A DNA stretch of 64,000 nucleotides from an uncultured delta proteobacterium (GTDB lineage Bacteria; Desulfobacterota; RBG-13-43-22), in contig CAWBOS010000010.1 in the NCBI GenBank assembly GCA_963790475.1, forward strand, positions 192,001 through 256,000, written 5' to 3'. The notes beneath the pieces are model-generated. The model saw only the letters and a list, made by a program, of their open reading frames with translations, was not told the DNA's origin and did no database searches. Of the stretch, positions 28,300 through 38,506 are shown piece by piece. Numbering within the stretch: the first letter of the stretch is position 1; each line of letters opens with the position of its first letter. Made by a program: the position numbers and the translations under genes.

Positions 28300-28860
28300 A
28301 TGGTGAAAAAAATCATCCATCTGGTCATTGGGTTAACCTTTTTTTTGTTCTTCTACGACTTTAATTATCAGAAATGCTCGGCAATGGAAGGAGGAAGAAA
28401 GATGCAAATAACCAGTTCCACTTTTGTAGAGGGTAGTATTATACCATCTAAATTTTCCTGTGATGGCCAGGATATTTCACCTCCATTAGAATGGAAAGAT
28501 ATTCCCGTTGGTACGAAAAGTTTTGCTCTGATCAGCGATGATCCGGATGCTCCTATGGGAACATGGGTTCATTGGGTCGTCTATAATATTCCTCCAAAAA
28601 TCACACGATTTGACGAAAACGTGAAACCCGAAAAGGAATTTAAGAATGGTATGAAACAGGGTAACAATAGTTGGCCTAAAATTGGATATGGTGGTCCCTG
28701 TCCACCAAGTGGCACACATAGATATTTTTTTAAATTATATGCTCTGGACACGATACTGGACCTGAGATCGGGAGCTACTAAAGTTCAATTACTAGAGGCA
28801 ATGAAAGGACATGTCCTTGCCGAAGCCCAATTGATGGGAAAATATAAAAGACAACGATAA
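28300..28860 (+). CDS. YbhB/YbcL (PEBP/Raf kinase inhibitor-like) protein
   Basis: DDPDAP...WVHW, YGGPCPPSGTHRYFF. Confidence 0.92.
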   Translation: MVKKIIHLVIGLTFFLFFYDFNYQKCSAMEGGRKMQITSSTFVEGSIIPSKFSCDGQDISPPLEWKDIPVGTKSFALISDDPDAPMGTWVHWVVYNIPPKITRFDENVKPEKEFKNGMKQGNNSWPKIGYGGPCPPSGTHRYFFKLYALDTILDLRSGATKVQLLEAMKGHVLAEAQLMGKYKRQR

Positions 28861-28937
28861 TGATTACCCTGGGTCCGATTTGATTTTCTTCTAAGGTTTC
28901 TATTCTACCTTCTCAAATAAGTTAAATGGGTCAAATG

Positions 28938-29038
28938 GGGGGCAGACCAGACCAAGGAATTGAACTCTCAATGAATCAAATAAAAAATGATGGGTAAAAG
29001 GACTTTAAAGTGCTCTTTTTATCCCCTCAAAGAAGGTT
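28938..29038 (+). repeat. Dispersed hairpin repeat, copy 3
   Basis: Matches 12156-12256. Confidence 0.65.
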
Positions 29039-29090
29039 ATTAGTCTGGCGCAGGTTAAACAAATGTTATATCCACTACCAATGGAGAACT

Positions 29091-30224
29091 ATGATGGCTG
29101 ACAAGAAAATGGATCTGGCCGGGCCGGGCATCGGCACTTATGAGGAGGTGGAGAAAAGCCTTCCCCACAATTATAAGACCTTGTTGGGTCCCAAGGACAG
29201 GATGCAGGCCCTATTCAAGATAAAGAAATTTATTGAGGAGAACCTCTGCCGGGAACTCAACCTTTTTATGGTTCAGGTTCCGCTCATCGTAACCAAGGCC
29301 AGCGGTGTCAATGATTACCTGGACCGGGATGGTTCACGCTCGCCCGTTGAATTTTTCTGTGGACTCGGTCTTGAAAAAAGGATCGAGGCTCAAGTGGTCC
29401 AGGCGGCCACCAAATGGAAACGGCTGGCCTTGAAGCAGTTCGACTGTGAAGTGGGCGAAGGGATTTGTACCGATATGAGGGCGGTTAGAAAGGATTATTT
29501 CCTGGACCATGACCATAGCGCCTATGTCGATCAATGGGATTGGGAACGGGTTATCACCAAGGAAATGCGTAATCTGGATTTTCTGCGGGATATCGTTGAG
29601 AGAATCTGGTCGGTGATCTATGAGGCCGGTCGGATGGTCAGGAAAGACTTCCCCGCGCTCAATACCGGTGATTATTCGGATATACCCAAGAAGCTGAAAT
29701 TTTTTCACGCGGAGGAAATCCTGGAACGCTATCCGGACCTGACCCGCAAACAGCGAGAGACAAAAATGGTCCAGGAGGTGCATCCGGCGGTCTTTATCAT
29801 AGGAATCGGCTATGTCCTGGAGGACGGTTATCCCCATGAGATGCGGGCCGCGGATTATGACGACTGGATCTCGCCTACCATTAAAAAGAACGGAAGGCAA
29901 TTCCATGGACTCAACGGTGATATCCTGGTCTGGAATCCGGTAACGAAGCGTCGCCACGAACTGACCTCCATGGGGATACGGGTGACTAAAGAGACCCTGG
30001 TACAGCAGCTCAAAGAGACCGGACAGGAACATTTTTTACAGTTGCCCTACCACCAGGCGATTCTCAAGGATGAGATACCCTTAAGTATCGGAGGCGGTAT
30101 CGGTCAGTCCCGGACCTTTATGTACCTGTTAAGGACCGCCCATCTTGGCGAGGTGAGCACCACAGTCTGGCCTGATGTCCTTAAATCGATTTGTAAAAGA
30201 AAGAATATCCAGGTATTGGAATAA
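29091..30224 (+). CDS. asnA: Aspartate--ammonia ligase
   Basis: HSAYVDQWDWE, RAADYDDW, LNGDILVW, SIGGGIGQSR. Confidence 0.93.
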   Translation: MMADKKMDLAGPGIGTYEEVEKSLPHNYKTLLGPKDRMQALFKIKKFIEENLCRELNLFMVQVPLIVTKASGVNDYLDRDGSRSPVEFFCGLGLEKRIEAQVVQAATKWKRLALKQFDCEVGEGICTDMRAVRKDYFLDHDHSAYVDQWDWERVITKEMRNLDFLRDIVERIWSVIYEAGRMVRKDFPALNTGDYSDIPKKLKFFHAEEILERYPDLTRKQRETKMVQEVHPAVFIIGIGYVLEDGYPHEMRAADYDDWISPTIKKNGRQFHGLNGDILVWNPVTKRRHELTSMGIRVTKETLVQQLKETGQEHFLQLPYHQAILKDEIPLSIGGGIGQSRTFMYLLRTAHLGEVSTTVWPDVLKSICKRKNIQVLE

Positions 30225-30253
30225 GACTTAGAGAAAAATCAGATAGGAGGTTG

Positions 30254-30542
30254 ATGGAAACCTATTTCCTGGAGACAAGCTATCCTGGCCCGACCCCATG
30301 CAACTCTTTACACTCATAGCTGATTCCGGTTCCATGCAGGAAGGCCACACAGTTATATCTTGGCTGAGTATGCTCGTCATACTCTGAGAAAGGACAAGAG
30401 GCTGAATATAAGGATTTCTGAGAGAGACCTCATAGAGTTGCAGAGAAAGGCTGTCAAAGAAGGTTTGCCGTATCAGACGTATGTGTCAAGTATCATTCAC
30501 AAATTGATTAATGGAACGCTGGTTGAAGGAACGACAAAATAG
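30254..30542 (+). pseudogene. Deleted BrnT/BrnA-like toxin-antitoxin pair (antitoxin C-terminal RHH half retained)
   Basis: KDKRLNIRISERDL...EGLPYQTYVSSIIHK; upstream toxin-like scraps (PISW, RKAT). Confidence 0.6.
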
Positions 30543-30786
30543 GGGCCGGCGATTGGCCGGCAAATGGATGCAGCCAATCGGCGATAAAGCGGCCTCCCGA
30601 AATCCAAATCCATAATAATGACAAGATCTTGATCAAGACATGGCCGTGGGGGTTAAATCCCAAAAAATATCCAGAGGTTTGGACGGGGACGATGACTCCG
30701 GGGACCGTTTTGTTTTTTGATTTTTAGGCAAGGTTGGATTTTTTCAAAAATCAAACAGGAAAGGTGATTAGCTTGAAGAAACAGCC

Positions 30787-30814
30787 TTGACATCCCCCCA
30801 TCAAGCATTATCAT
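30787..30814 (+). promoter_or_regulatory. Sigma70-like promoter of the small ORF
   Basis: TTGACA-16bp-TATCAT. Confidence 0.5.
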
Positions 30815-30849
30815 TAATTAAACCTTTACGAGAAGGGAGGTGGATCGGG

Positions 30850-30954
30850 ATGATCAATAAGTTGAGCCCTAAGGTCAAGGCCAAGGAAGCTGCCTACTGG
30901 GATAAAGTTAAGAAGGTCTGGAAAGAAAATCCTGGGAAGGTATGCCACAAGTGA
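30850..30954 (+). CDS. 34-aa basic small protein (below the ORF-track cutoff)
   Basis: GGGAGGTG RBS; MINKLSPKVKAKEAAYWDKVKKVWKENPGKVCHK*. Confidence 0.5.
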   Translation: MINKLSPKVKAKEAAYWDKVKKVWKENPGKVCHK

Positions 30955-30999
30955 AAGAGTTGAAAATCTTGAACGTTGCTTGGATAGCAACGCAAACGA

Positions 31000-31050
31000 A
31001 GGGCGGATAGGCAGTAGGGTAATCCAATAGGCTTATCCGCCCTCTTCTTT
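31000..31050 (+). terminator. Probable intrinsic terminator
   Basis: AGGGCGGATAGGC / GCTTATCCGCCCT stem followed by CTTCTTT. Confidence 0.55.
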
Positions 31051-31276
31051 ATTAGAATCCGCTTTGCATCCCGGGTAAAAAGTATTTTCAAGCTTATTTT
31101 GAAATCCTTATCAAGTCTGAAATTCAAATTCTAAACCCAAAACGAACCAGTCGCATGTTAACTCATCACTCTTTTGATTTTTTTATTCAATGGCATTTGA
31201 CCGGGCGGTGTAATCTCAGGATGGGGTGTTCTCCACAAAAGCCATAAAAAAATATCTTTGGCGGAAGGGAAATGTC

Positions 31277-32641
31277 ATGAAAAGCTATGAAGTCATTATC
31301 ATCGGGGCAGGAGATGTCGGGTTAGGGTTGGCTTTTAAGGCCGCTGAACAAGGTTTAAAAGTGGCTCTTATCGATAAGGGAATGGTGGGGGGGACCTGTG
31401 TTAATTATGGTTGTGTGCCTTCGAAAACGTTGATCATTACGGCGGACCGAATTATGGAGATTCGAGAAGCCGCAAGATTGGGTATCAGCACCCAAATAAT
31501 CGATATTGATTTCAAGGCGATCATGGGGCGGATGAGAATGGCCGTCACCAGCGGTAGAAAGGGGATTGAAACGGCCATCCAAGAGACTGAAAATCTCGAT
31601 TTTATAAACAGAGAGGGACATTTCATCGATGAGCATACCTTGGAAGTGGGGGATGAAAAGATAAGAGGGAAGAAAATTTTTATCGTTAGCGGTGCTCGTC
31701 CTTCGATTCCTTTACTACCAGGACTGGACAGGATTCATTATCTGACCAATGAGACGGTCCTGGAACTTGAGAAAAGACCGGAGAGCCTCATTTTTATCGG
31801 TGCCGGATATGTCGGGCTGGAATACGCCCATTTTTTTTCGGTTTTGGGCACCAAGGTAACCATCATACACAGCCATTCGACCTTCCTGCCTTTTGAAGAA
31901 CCGGAAATATCCGAATTGCTGAAAAAGGAAATGGAAAAAACTATCGAACTGCATTTGGGGGTCGAAACGCAAGAAGTGAGACAGACCGCAGGCGGTTATA
32001 CGGTTACCGTCAAGGACATTCGGACCGGCGAAAAAAAAGATATTACTGCAGAGGCACTCTTCGTGTCGGCCGGCAGAAAATCCAATGCCGACCTCTTGAA
32101 GGTTCAAAATGCCGGGATAGAGACCGACAAACGTAATTTTATCAAAGTGGATGACACCCTTCAAACCAACAAAAAACATATCTGGGCCCTGGGAGATGCT
32201 GTCGGAAAGGCGATGTTTACCCATGCCGGAGACAAGGAAGCAGAATTGGTCTGGTATAATGCCACACACCGGAAAAAGATCAAAATGAATTTCGAGTCCG
32301 TCCCTCATGCGATTTTTACCAATCCCCAAATTGCTTCTATCGGTTTGTCAGAGGATCAGGCGCGCCAGGACCACGAAGTACTTGTCGGCCGGGGGTTGTA
32401 TTCCGATACCGTGATGGGCGAGGCCATGATGGAACAGGTGGGTTTTGCCAAGGCCGTCGTTGACAAGGGCACTGGAAGGATTCTGGGTTTTCATATCATT
32501 GGTCCTCATGCCGCCATACTCATCCAGGAAGTGATTAACACGGTTAGCAACAAGAACGACCTGAAATCCATTACCGGGAGCATGCACATATTCCCTGCTC
32601 TTTCCAACCTGATCCCGGAGGTGCTTACTGATCTCAAATAA
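31277..32641 (+). CDS. Pyridine nucleotide-disulfide oxidoreductase (dihydrolipoamide dehydrogenase-like)
   Basis: IIGAG, GGTCVNYGCVPSK redox disulfide, IGAGYVGLE, HIFP. Confidence 0.9.
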   Translation: MKSYEVIIIGAGDVGLGLAFKAAEQGLKVALIDKGMVGGTCVNYGCVPSKTLIITADRIMEIREAARLGISTQIIDIDFKAIMGRMRMAVTSGRKGIETAIQETENLDFINREGHFIDEHTLEVGDEKIRGKKIFIVSGARPSIPLLPGLDRIHYLTNETVLELEKRPESLIFIGAGYVGLEYAHFFSVLGTKVTIIHSHSTFLPFEEPEISELLKKEMEKTIELHLGVETQEVRQTAGGYTVTVKDIRTGEKKDITAEALFVSAGRKSNADLLKVQNAGIETDKRNFIKVDDTLQTNKKHIWALGDAVGKAMFTHAGDKEAELVWYNATHRKKIKMNFESVPHAIFTNPQIASIGLSEDQARQDHEVLVGRGLYSDTVMGEAMMEQVGFAKAVVDKGTGRILGFHIIGPHAAILIQEVINTVSNKNDLKSITGSMHIFPALSNLIPEVLTDLK

Positions 32642-32713
32642 CCATCATAGTGAGGGGATTTTGCCTTTAGAGCCGCAAATAGCCGGCTCGCTCCCTGATT
32701 CTATTGAAATCTT

Positions 32714-33628
32714 TTACAACTTTTTGTGCTTTATAAACGTTCCGTTCCGATACTCTTCGAACGCCAGTTGCAGTTCTTGATCCGTGTTCATCACGATCGG
32801 GCCGTACCAAGCCACCGGTTCGCCGATAGGCTTGCCGGATACGAGCAGGAAGCGCACCGGTTCCCCTTGGGACGAGACGGTGACCTGATCGCCGTCGCCG
32901 AAGAGAACAGCCGTTCCGTCGTGCAGGTAGCGATCGCGCTCCATGTCGAAATAGTTCACCCCCTCGACATCGTAGGCATAGGGATTCCGCTCATTGCAGA
33001 AGATCCCCTTACCGGCAATAACGTAGGCGAAGACCGTATGGCCTCGCGGAGTCCGGTGTACGAACTCGGAAAGAGCCGGGAGGGTGATATCGAGATACTC
33101 GGGCTCTATAACAATGTCCCCCACCGGGCCCTGTTTACCCTCAACGGTTCCGCAGATGATCTTGACCATTGCCCCGCTCTTGGTCAGGATCTCCGGCACC
33201 TGCGCGCTCTTTATGTCGCGGTACCGGGGAGCCATCATCTTATGGGATTTGGGGAGGTTGGCCCAGAGCTGAAATCCCTCCATTACGCCTTTGCCGTCTC
33301 CCTGGGGCATCTCCTGATGGATGATGCCGCTCCCGGCGGTCATCCATTGCATATCGCCTGAAGTGATGATGCCCTTGTTTCCCAGACTGTCGCCGTGGGC
33401 AACATCCCCTTTCAGAACATAGGTGATCGTCTCGATGCCCCGGTGAGGGTGCCAGGGAAAGCCTTTGAGGTATCGAGAGGGATCGGTGTTGCGGAAATCA
33501 TCGAGCAGCAGAAACGGATCGAAGAGCGGGACCTCGCTGTTTCCGAAAACCCTTCGGAGATGAACCCCCGCTCCTTCGAGAGTGGGCTTGCCCTTGAAAA
33601 CCTTCCTGATCCTTCTGCTTTTTACCAT
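32714..33628 (-). CDS. Pirin family protein
   Basis: DPFLLLD, HPHRGIET, MTAGSGIIHQE, FQLWANLP. Confidence 0.93.
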   Translation of the reverse strand: MVKSRRIRKVFKGKPTLEGAGVHLRRVFGNSEVPLFDPFLLLDDFRNTDPSRYLKGFPWHPHRGIETITYVLKGDVAHGDSLGNKGIITSGDMQWMTAGSGIIHQEMPQGDGKGVMEGFQLWANLPKSHKMMAPRYRDIKSAQVPEILTKSGAMVKIICGTVEGKQGPVGDIVIEPEYLDITLPALSEFVHRTPRGHTVFAYVIAGKGIFCNERNPYAYDVEGVNYFDMERDRYLHDGTAVLFGDGDQVTVSSQGEPVRFLLVSGKPIGEPVAWYGPIVMNTDQELQLAFEEYRNGTFIKHKKL

Positions 33629-33702
33629 TGGCGGTCCTCCTTTTTTCAGACGAATTCTTGCATCCAACACTATCCGGTTCCCTTGGCCCCGGAGGGTGGC
33701 GG

Positions 33703-34545
33703 TCAAGGCCGGGTAGTTTCCGGCCTAGACTTGATGAAAGTTAGCAGGTCCTCGTTGATCTGGTCTTTATGGGTCGTGCACAGGCCGTGCGGCGCGCCCT
33801 CATAGATTTTCAGCGTGGAGCCCTTGACCATCTTGGACGAGAGCAGGGCCGAGTCGGCGATCGGCACAATCTGGTCGTCGTCGCCGTGCATGAAGAGCGT
33901 TGGCACATCGATTTTCTTGAGGTCTTCGGTGAAATCAGTTTCGGAAAAGGCCTTTATGCAAAAATAAGCGGCAGGAAAACCGGCCATCATCCCCTGGAGC
34001 CAGAATGACTCGCGCACGCCTTCCGAGATCTTGGCGCCCTTCCGGTTATAGCCGTAGAAGGGGATGGTGAGATCCTTGAAGAACTGCGAGCGGTCAGCCA
34101 AAACATTGGCGCGGATGCCGTCGAAGACCTCGATCGGCAGGCCGCGGGGATTGGCAGCCGTCTTCAGCATCAGCGGCGGAACCGCCCCGATCAGCACGGC
34201 TTTGGCCACACGTTTTGAACCGTGGCGGCTGATGTAGCGCGCAACTTCGCCGCCTCCGGTGGAGTGTCCGACATGGATCGCCTTCTTCAGGTCGAGCGCT
34301 TCGGCCAAGGCCGCCAGGTCGTCGGCGTAGGTGTCCATGTCGTTGCCGTTCCAGGGCTGGCTCGATCGACCGTGGCCTCGGCGGTCATGGGCGATGCAGC
34401 GGTAACCGCGAAAGGCCAGAAAGAACATCTGGTCTTCAAAGGCGTCCGCGCTGAGCGGCCAGCCATGGCTGAAGACTACCGGCTGTCCGCTGCCCCAGTC
34501 CTTATAGTAAATCTGCGTACCGTCTTTAGTCGTGATTGCGGTCAT
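33703..34545 (-). CDS. Non-heme chloroperoxidase/arylesterase (alpha/beta hydrolase)
   Basis: [30 protein letters not shown]. Confidence 0.92.
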   Translation of the reverse strand: MTAITTKDGTQIYYKDWGSGQPVVFSHGWPLSADAFEDQMFFLAFRGYRCIAHDRRGHGRSSQPWNGNDMDTYADDLAALAEALDLKKAIHVGHSTGGGEVARYISRHGSKRVAKAVLIGAVPPLMLKTAANPRGLPIEVFDGIRANVLADRSQFFKDLTIPFYGYNRKGAKISEGVRESFWLQGMMAGFPAAYFCIKAFSETDFTEDLKKIDVPTLFMHGDDDQIVPIADSALLSSKMVKGSTLKIYEGAPHGLCTTHKDQINEDLLTFIKSRPETTRP

Positions 34546-34682
34546 GATAGGCCCTCCTTTGCTCGGGGGTGAAGATGGAGAAACATCTCCTGGGTGGGTC
34601 TTTTCCGGCCGGAGATGAAAGGCTCCCCCTTCCCATTTTTTCTTTAAAGCTACCAGTGTCCTTTGAAAAGTTAAATAAGGTG

Positions 34683-34715
34683 AATACCGTATTTTAGCAG
34701 GACGAATACGGTATT
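34683..34715. promoter_or_regulatory. Perfect 11-bp inverted repeat, candidate operator
   Basis: AATACCGTATT-11bp-AATACGGTATT in the divergent intergenic region. Confidence 0.45.
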
Positions 34716-34977
34716 TGGGACTATGAAGGAAATGCCTTGCCTGTCAGCCGGAGTATCGCTTCAATGATTTTATTTGACTTTTTGGCAGGGAAAGGATACA
34801 AATTCCTATGTAATATTAGGTTGTTTTCTTGTTGGTAACCTTTAGACAAGGAGTGTCGATGGACGAACAGGCCCCATTTCTCACCAGAGAATTGGGTTTT
34901 TTTATTTTTGGCCTAAGAAGGTGTCAGAAGAAGGGTCTATAAAAAAGCAATAATTTGAAATCAGCAAAGGATTGACC

Positions 34978-37900
34978 ATGAAATGTCCCAAGTGCCAAAC
35001 GGAGAATCCCGAGACCAATAAGTTCTGCCGGGAGTGCGGGGTCAGTCTGTCGAAGGTATGTTCCCACTGCGGTACGGAAGTCCTGCCCCAAGATAAATTC
35101 TGCGGCAAGTGCGGCCAGGCCCTGGGAGAAACACCAGCACCCTCGACCGCAGCCGTCACCTTTGATATAGTCGCGCCCAAGTCCTACACCCCGAAACATT
35201 TAGCCGATAAAATCCTGAACACCCGCAGGTCCCTGGAAGGGGAGCGCAAGCTGGTCACGGTGCTGTTCGCCGATGTGGCCGGGTACACCTCCCTGTCCGA
35301 GAGGCTCGACCCGGAGGAAGTGCACAGGATCATGGAAGGGTGCCTGCAGATCCTGATGGATGAGATTCACAAATATGAGGGGACGATCAACCAGTTCACC
35401 GGCGACGGGGTCATGGCCTTGTTCGGCGCACCCCTGGCCCATGAGGACCATGCCCAGAGGGCCTGTTATGCGGCCCTGGCCATCCAAAAGGAATTGGCCG
35501 GATACGGCCGGAAGGTCAGAAAGGATTTCGGCCGGGAATTTCAGATGCGTATCGGACTCAACTCCGGCCCGGTGGTGGTTGGTGCTATCGGAGACGATCT
35601 GCACATGGATTACACGGCCATCGGGGACACCATCAACCTGGCAGCCCGGGTTGAGCAGGCAGCTACCCCCGGAGAGGTCTGGTTAAGCCAGGCCACCCGG
35701 GGCCTTATCCAGGGGTATTTCAACGAGGAGCCGGTGGGAGAAGTCTCCCTTAAGGGTAAAGCCGAGCCCCAAAAACTATATCGGGTGGTCGCTGATCGAC
35801 CCGACGTGCGCACCCGGTTCGAAGCCGGGCTGGCCCGGGGAGTGACGGAACTGGTGGGCCGTCGCCCGGAGATGGAGTCCCTGCGGGCAACCTTCGAGCG
35901 GGTCAGAGGAGGCCAAGATCAGGTTATCGACGTGGTCGGGGAAGCAGGGGTGGGTAAGAGCCGACTTATCTATGAGTTCCACAAATCTTTAGGCCAGGAG
36001 GCCGTTGTTCCTTTGCGGGGTCTGCCTGCAATACGGGCGAAGCATGAATTTCCTTCCGGTTCGGGAGGTGGTCGAGGAGGTCTTTGGGCTTCGCGAGGGG
36101 ATGGATGAAGAAACTGTAAAAGGCAGGATTAAGGAGCAGGCCACGGAAAACCTGACCCCGTTCATTCCCTTCTACCATCAATCTGTTGTCCCTGGAGGTG
36201 GCCGATTCAAAATTCAAATCACTGAATCCAGAAGGACGAAAGTTCGGGACCTTCGAGGCGGTTAAAAGCCTCCTTCTGACTTTAAGCAAAGAAAAACCCC
36301 TGGTGATTTTTCTGGAAGACGTGCACTGGATGGACAAGATCTCCGAGGAGTTTTTTACCTACCTCTCCCGCTGCATCCACGGTCACCCGATCATGATGCT
36401 CTCGGCCTATCGGCCCGAAGTCACCCCTCCCTGGACACAGGAGGCGCACTACCAGAAGCTGGGGTTGGAGACCCTGGGCCTCAACTCTTCTATCCGGCTG
36501 GTTATGAACCTCCTGGGAGGACTGGAACTGGAGCCGGCCCTGGAGAGCAAGATTGCGAAAAAGGCCGGAGGAAACCCTTTCTTTATGGAGGAGATAGTCA
36601 GAGAACTCCTGGAGCGCGGCGATCTGGTGCGAGAGGGGGACCGCTATATCTGCCGCTGCCCTAATGACCAGATAGAGGTCCCATCCACTATTCAGGGAGT
36701 TATCGCCGCCCGAATGGATCGCTTGAGCGAAGACCTTAAACGCACCACCCAGGTGGCCAGCGTGATCGGGAGAGATTTTAGCTTACAGGATCCTCAAGAG
36801 CGTCATGGAATTGGGAGAGGAGTTGAGGGGGCATCTCACCAACCTGGTGGGTCTTGAGCTCCTCTACGAGAAGACCCTCTATCCCGAACTGGAGTACATC
36901 TTTAAGCACTCCCTGACCCAGGACGTGGCCTACGAGAGCCTCCTCAAGCAGCGGCGGCAGGAGATCCACGGGCGCATCGCCAGGGCCATCGAAGAGCTTT
37001 ATGCCGAAAAACTCGAAGCCCACTATGAGATCCTGGCCCATCATTGGGAACTCAGCGGCAACCATGAGAAAGCAATCGAGTATCTGATCCTGGCCGGCGA
37101 GAAATCCAATCGGGATAACGCCGTTCAGAGCGCGCGGATTTTCTTGAAGGGCGCCTTGGATCTGTCACAGGTCCACCAGGTTTCGCTGGAGCCGTCCAAG
37201 GAGGTCCGGGTGCGCCGGGGGCTGGGCATGGCCAGCCGGGCCAGCGGTGACCTCGATACTGCCGTGAAGGAATTGAAAAAGGCGGTCGAGATCAGCCGGC
37301 GATGGGGAATGGCCGAAGAGGAGATGGAGAGCCTGATCGAAGAGGCAGCCACCGTGGTTTTTTCCGAAGCCGACCTGAAGCAGGCCCTGCGGTTTTATGA
37401 CGACGTCATTGCCAGGGCCAGAGCAATGGGACGGAAAGCGGAGGAGAGCCTTTTCCTTTCACTAAAGGGGAATTATATCTCCATTACCGGCCGTCGATAC
37501 CAGGGGGGGCAAATGGTCAGGGAGGCGGAAAGATTGGCCCTGGAGACGGGAGATCCCCGAGCGATCTCCACTGCACGTCTTAGCCTGGCCATGGCTGAGC
37601 GATGGCAAGGCCGGCCCCAAAAGGCGGTCGAGCTGACCGAGGGCATGATTGAGGCCCTGCAATCCATGTTTTATCTCGAAGTAGCCTCACTCGGAATCCA
37701 AATCCGGGGAATGGCTTTGACGGAAATTGGCAGAATCGAAGAGGCCATGGGAATCCTACGGTATGGCATCCAAACCTGCGAATCACTCGGGGTCAAGGCC
37801 CATTTGGGGAGACTTTACAACACTCAGGGTTACTGCTTTGGGGAGATTCAACAGATCGAAAAGGCGCGGAGACTGAATTCCCAGAGCCGTGGAAATAAGT

Positions 37901-38506
37901 CGGGAACTCATGGAAGGATACCCGGCCGGACGCCAGATCGCCGGGGAAATCGCCGCCCATGCCGAGGTGAATCTGATGGAGAACCTCTTCGACCTGGGGG
38001 ATCCGGACGGGGCCTGGAAAATGATGAAATCTTTTGAGCAGGAATCCAGCGGTGATGATTACACCCGATCACGCGATCGCTGGGGATCCCGCCTGGAGGC
38101 CTTGGCCGCCACCATCCTTCTGGAGAGGGATGACGTTGATCAAGCCGAGCCAATTGTTCTCAGGAACCTCCCCACGGCCCAAAGAGAGCATATGAAAAAA
38201 TACGAGGGGCGTTTTCTCAGATTGCTCGGAGAGGTTCAGACGAGGCGGGGCGAGTTCGACCAGGCCCTGGCCAGCCTGGGCGAGGCCATTCGCATCCTGG
38301 GGGAGGTTGGAAACCCCCGACAGCTCTGGCAGGCCCACGGCTCTTTGGCCTCTTCTTATGAAAGGATGGGCCGTGGCAGCGAGGCGCGGGAGGAGTGGGG
38401 TAAAGCGGCTGAAATAATCAGGAAGGTCGATTCCGGACTTGCCGATCGCCAGCTTGGCCAGGACTTCCTCAACGCCAGGCAGGTCCGAGGGATCCTGGCC
38501 AAATAG
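34978..38506 (+). CDS. Double zinc ribbon - class III adenylate/guanylate cyclase - AAA ATPase - TPR protein, split by four frameshifts
   Basis: CxxC pairs, LFADVAG/GDGVMALFG, GEAGVGKS, LEDVHW, GNPFF, TPR-like helices; single extra bases near 36008, 36180, 36780 and 37888. Confidence 0.85.

Noticed and set aside
34978-38506. Four frameshifts in the cyclase-ATPase-TPR gene (also mtnP ~56170 and GIY-YIG ~46492) as programmed frameshifting or phase variation
   Set aside because: They are isolated single-base indels with no shared slippery motif and no nonsense codons. Sequencing or assembly error is more likely; read inspection is needed.
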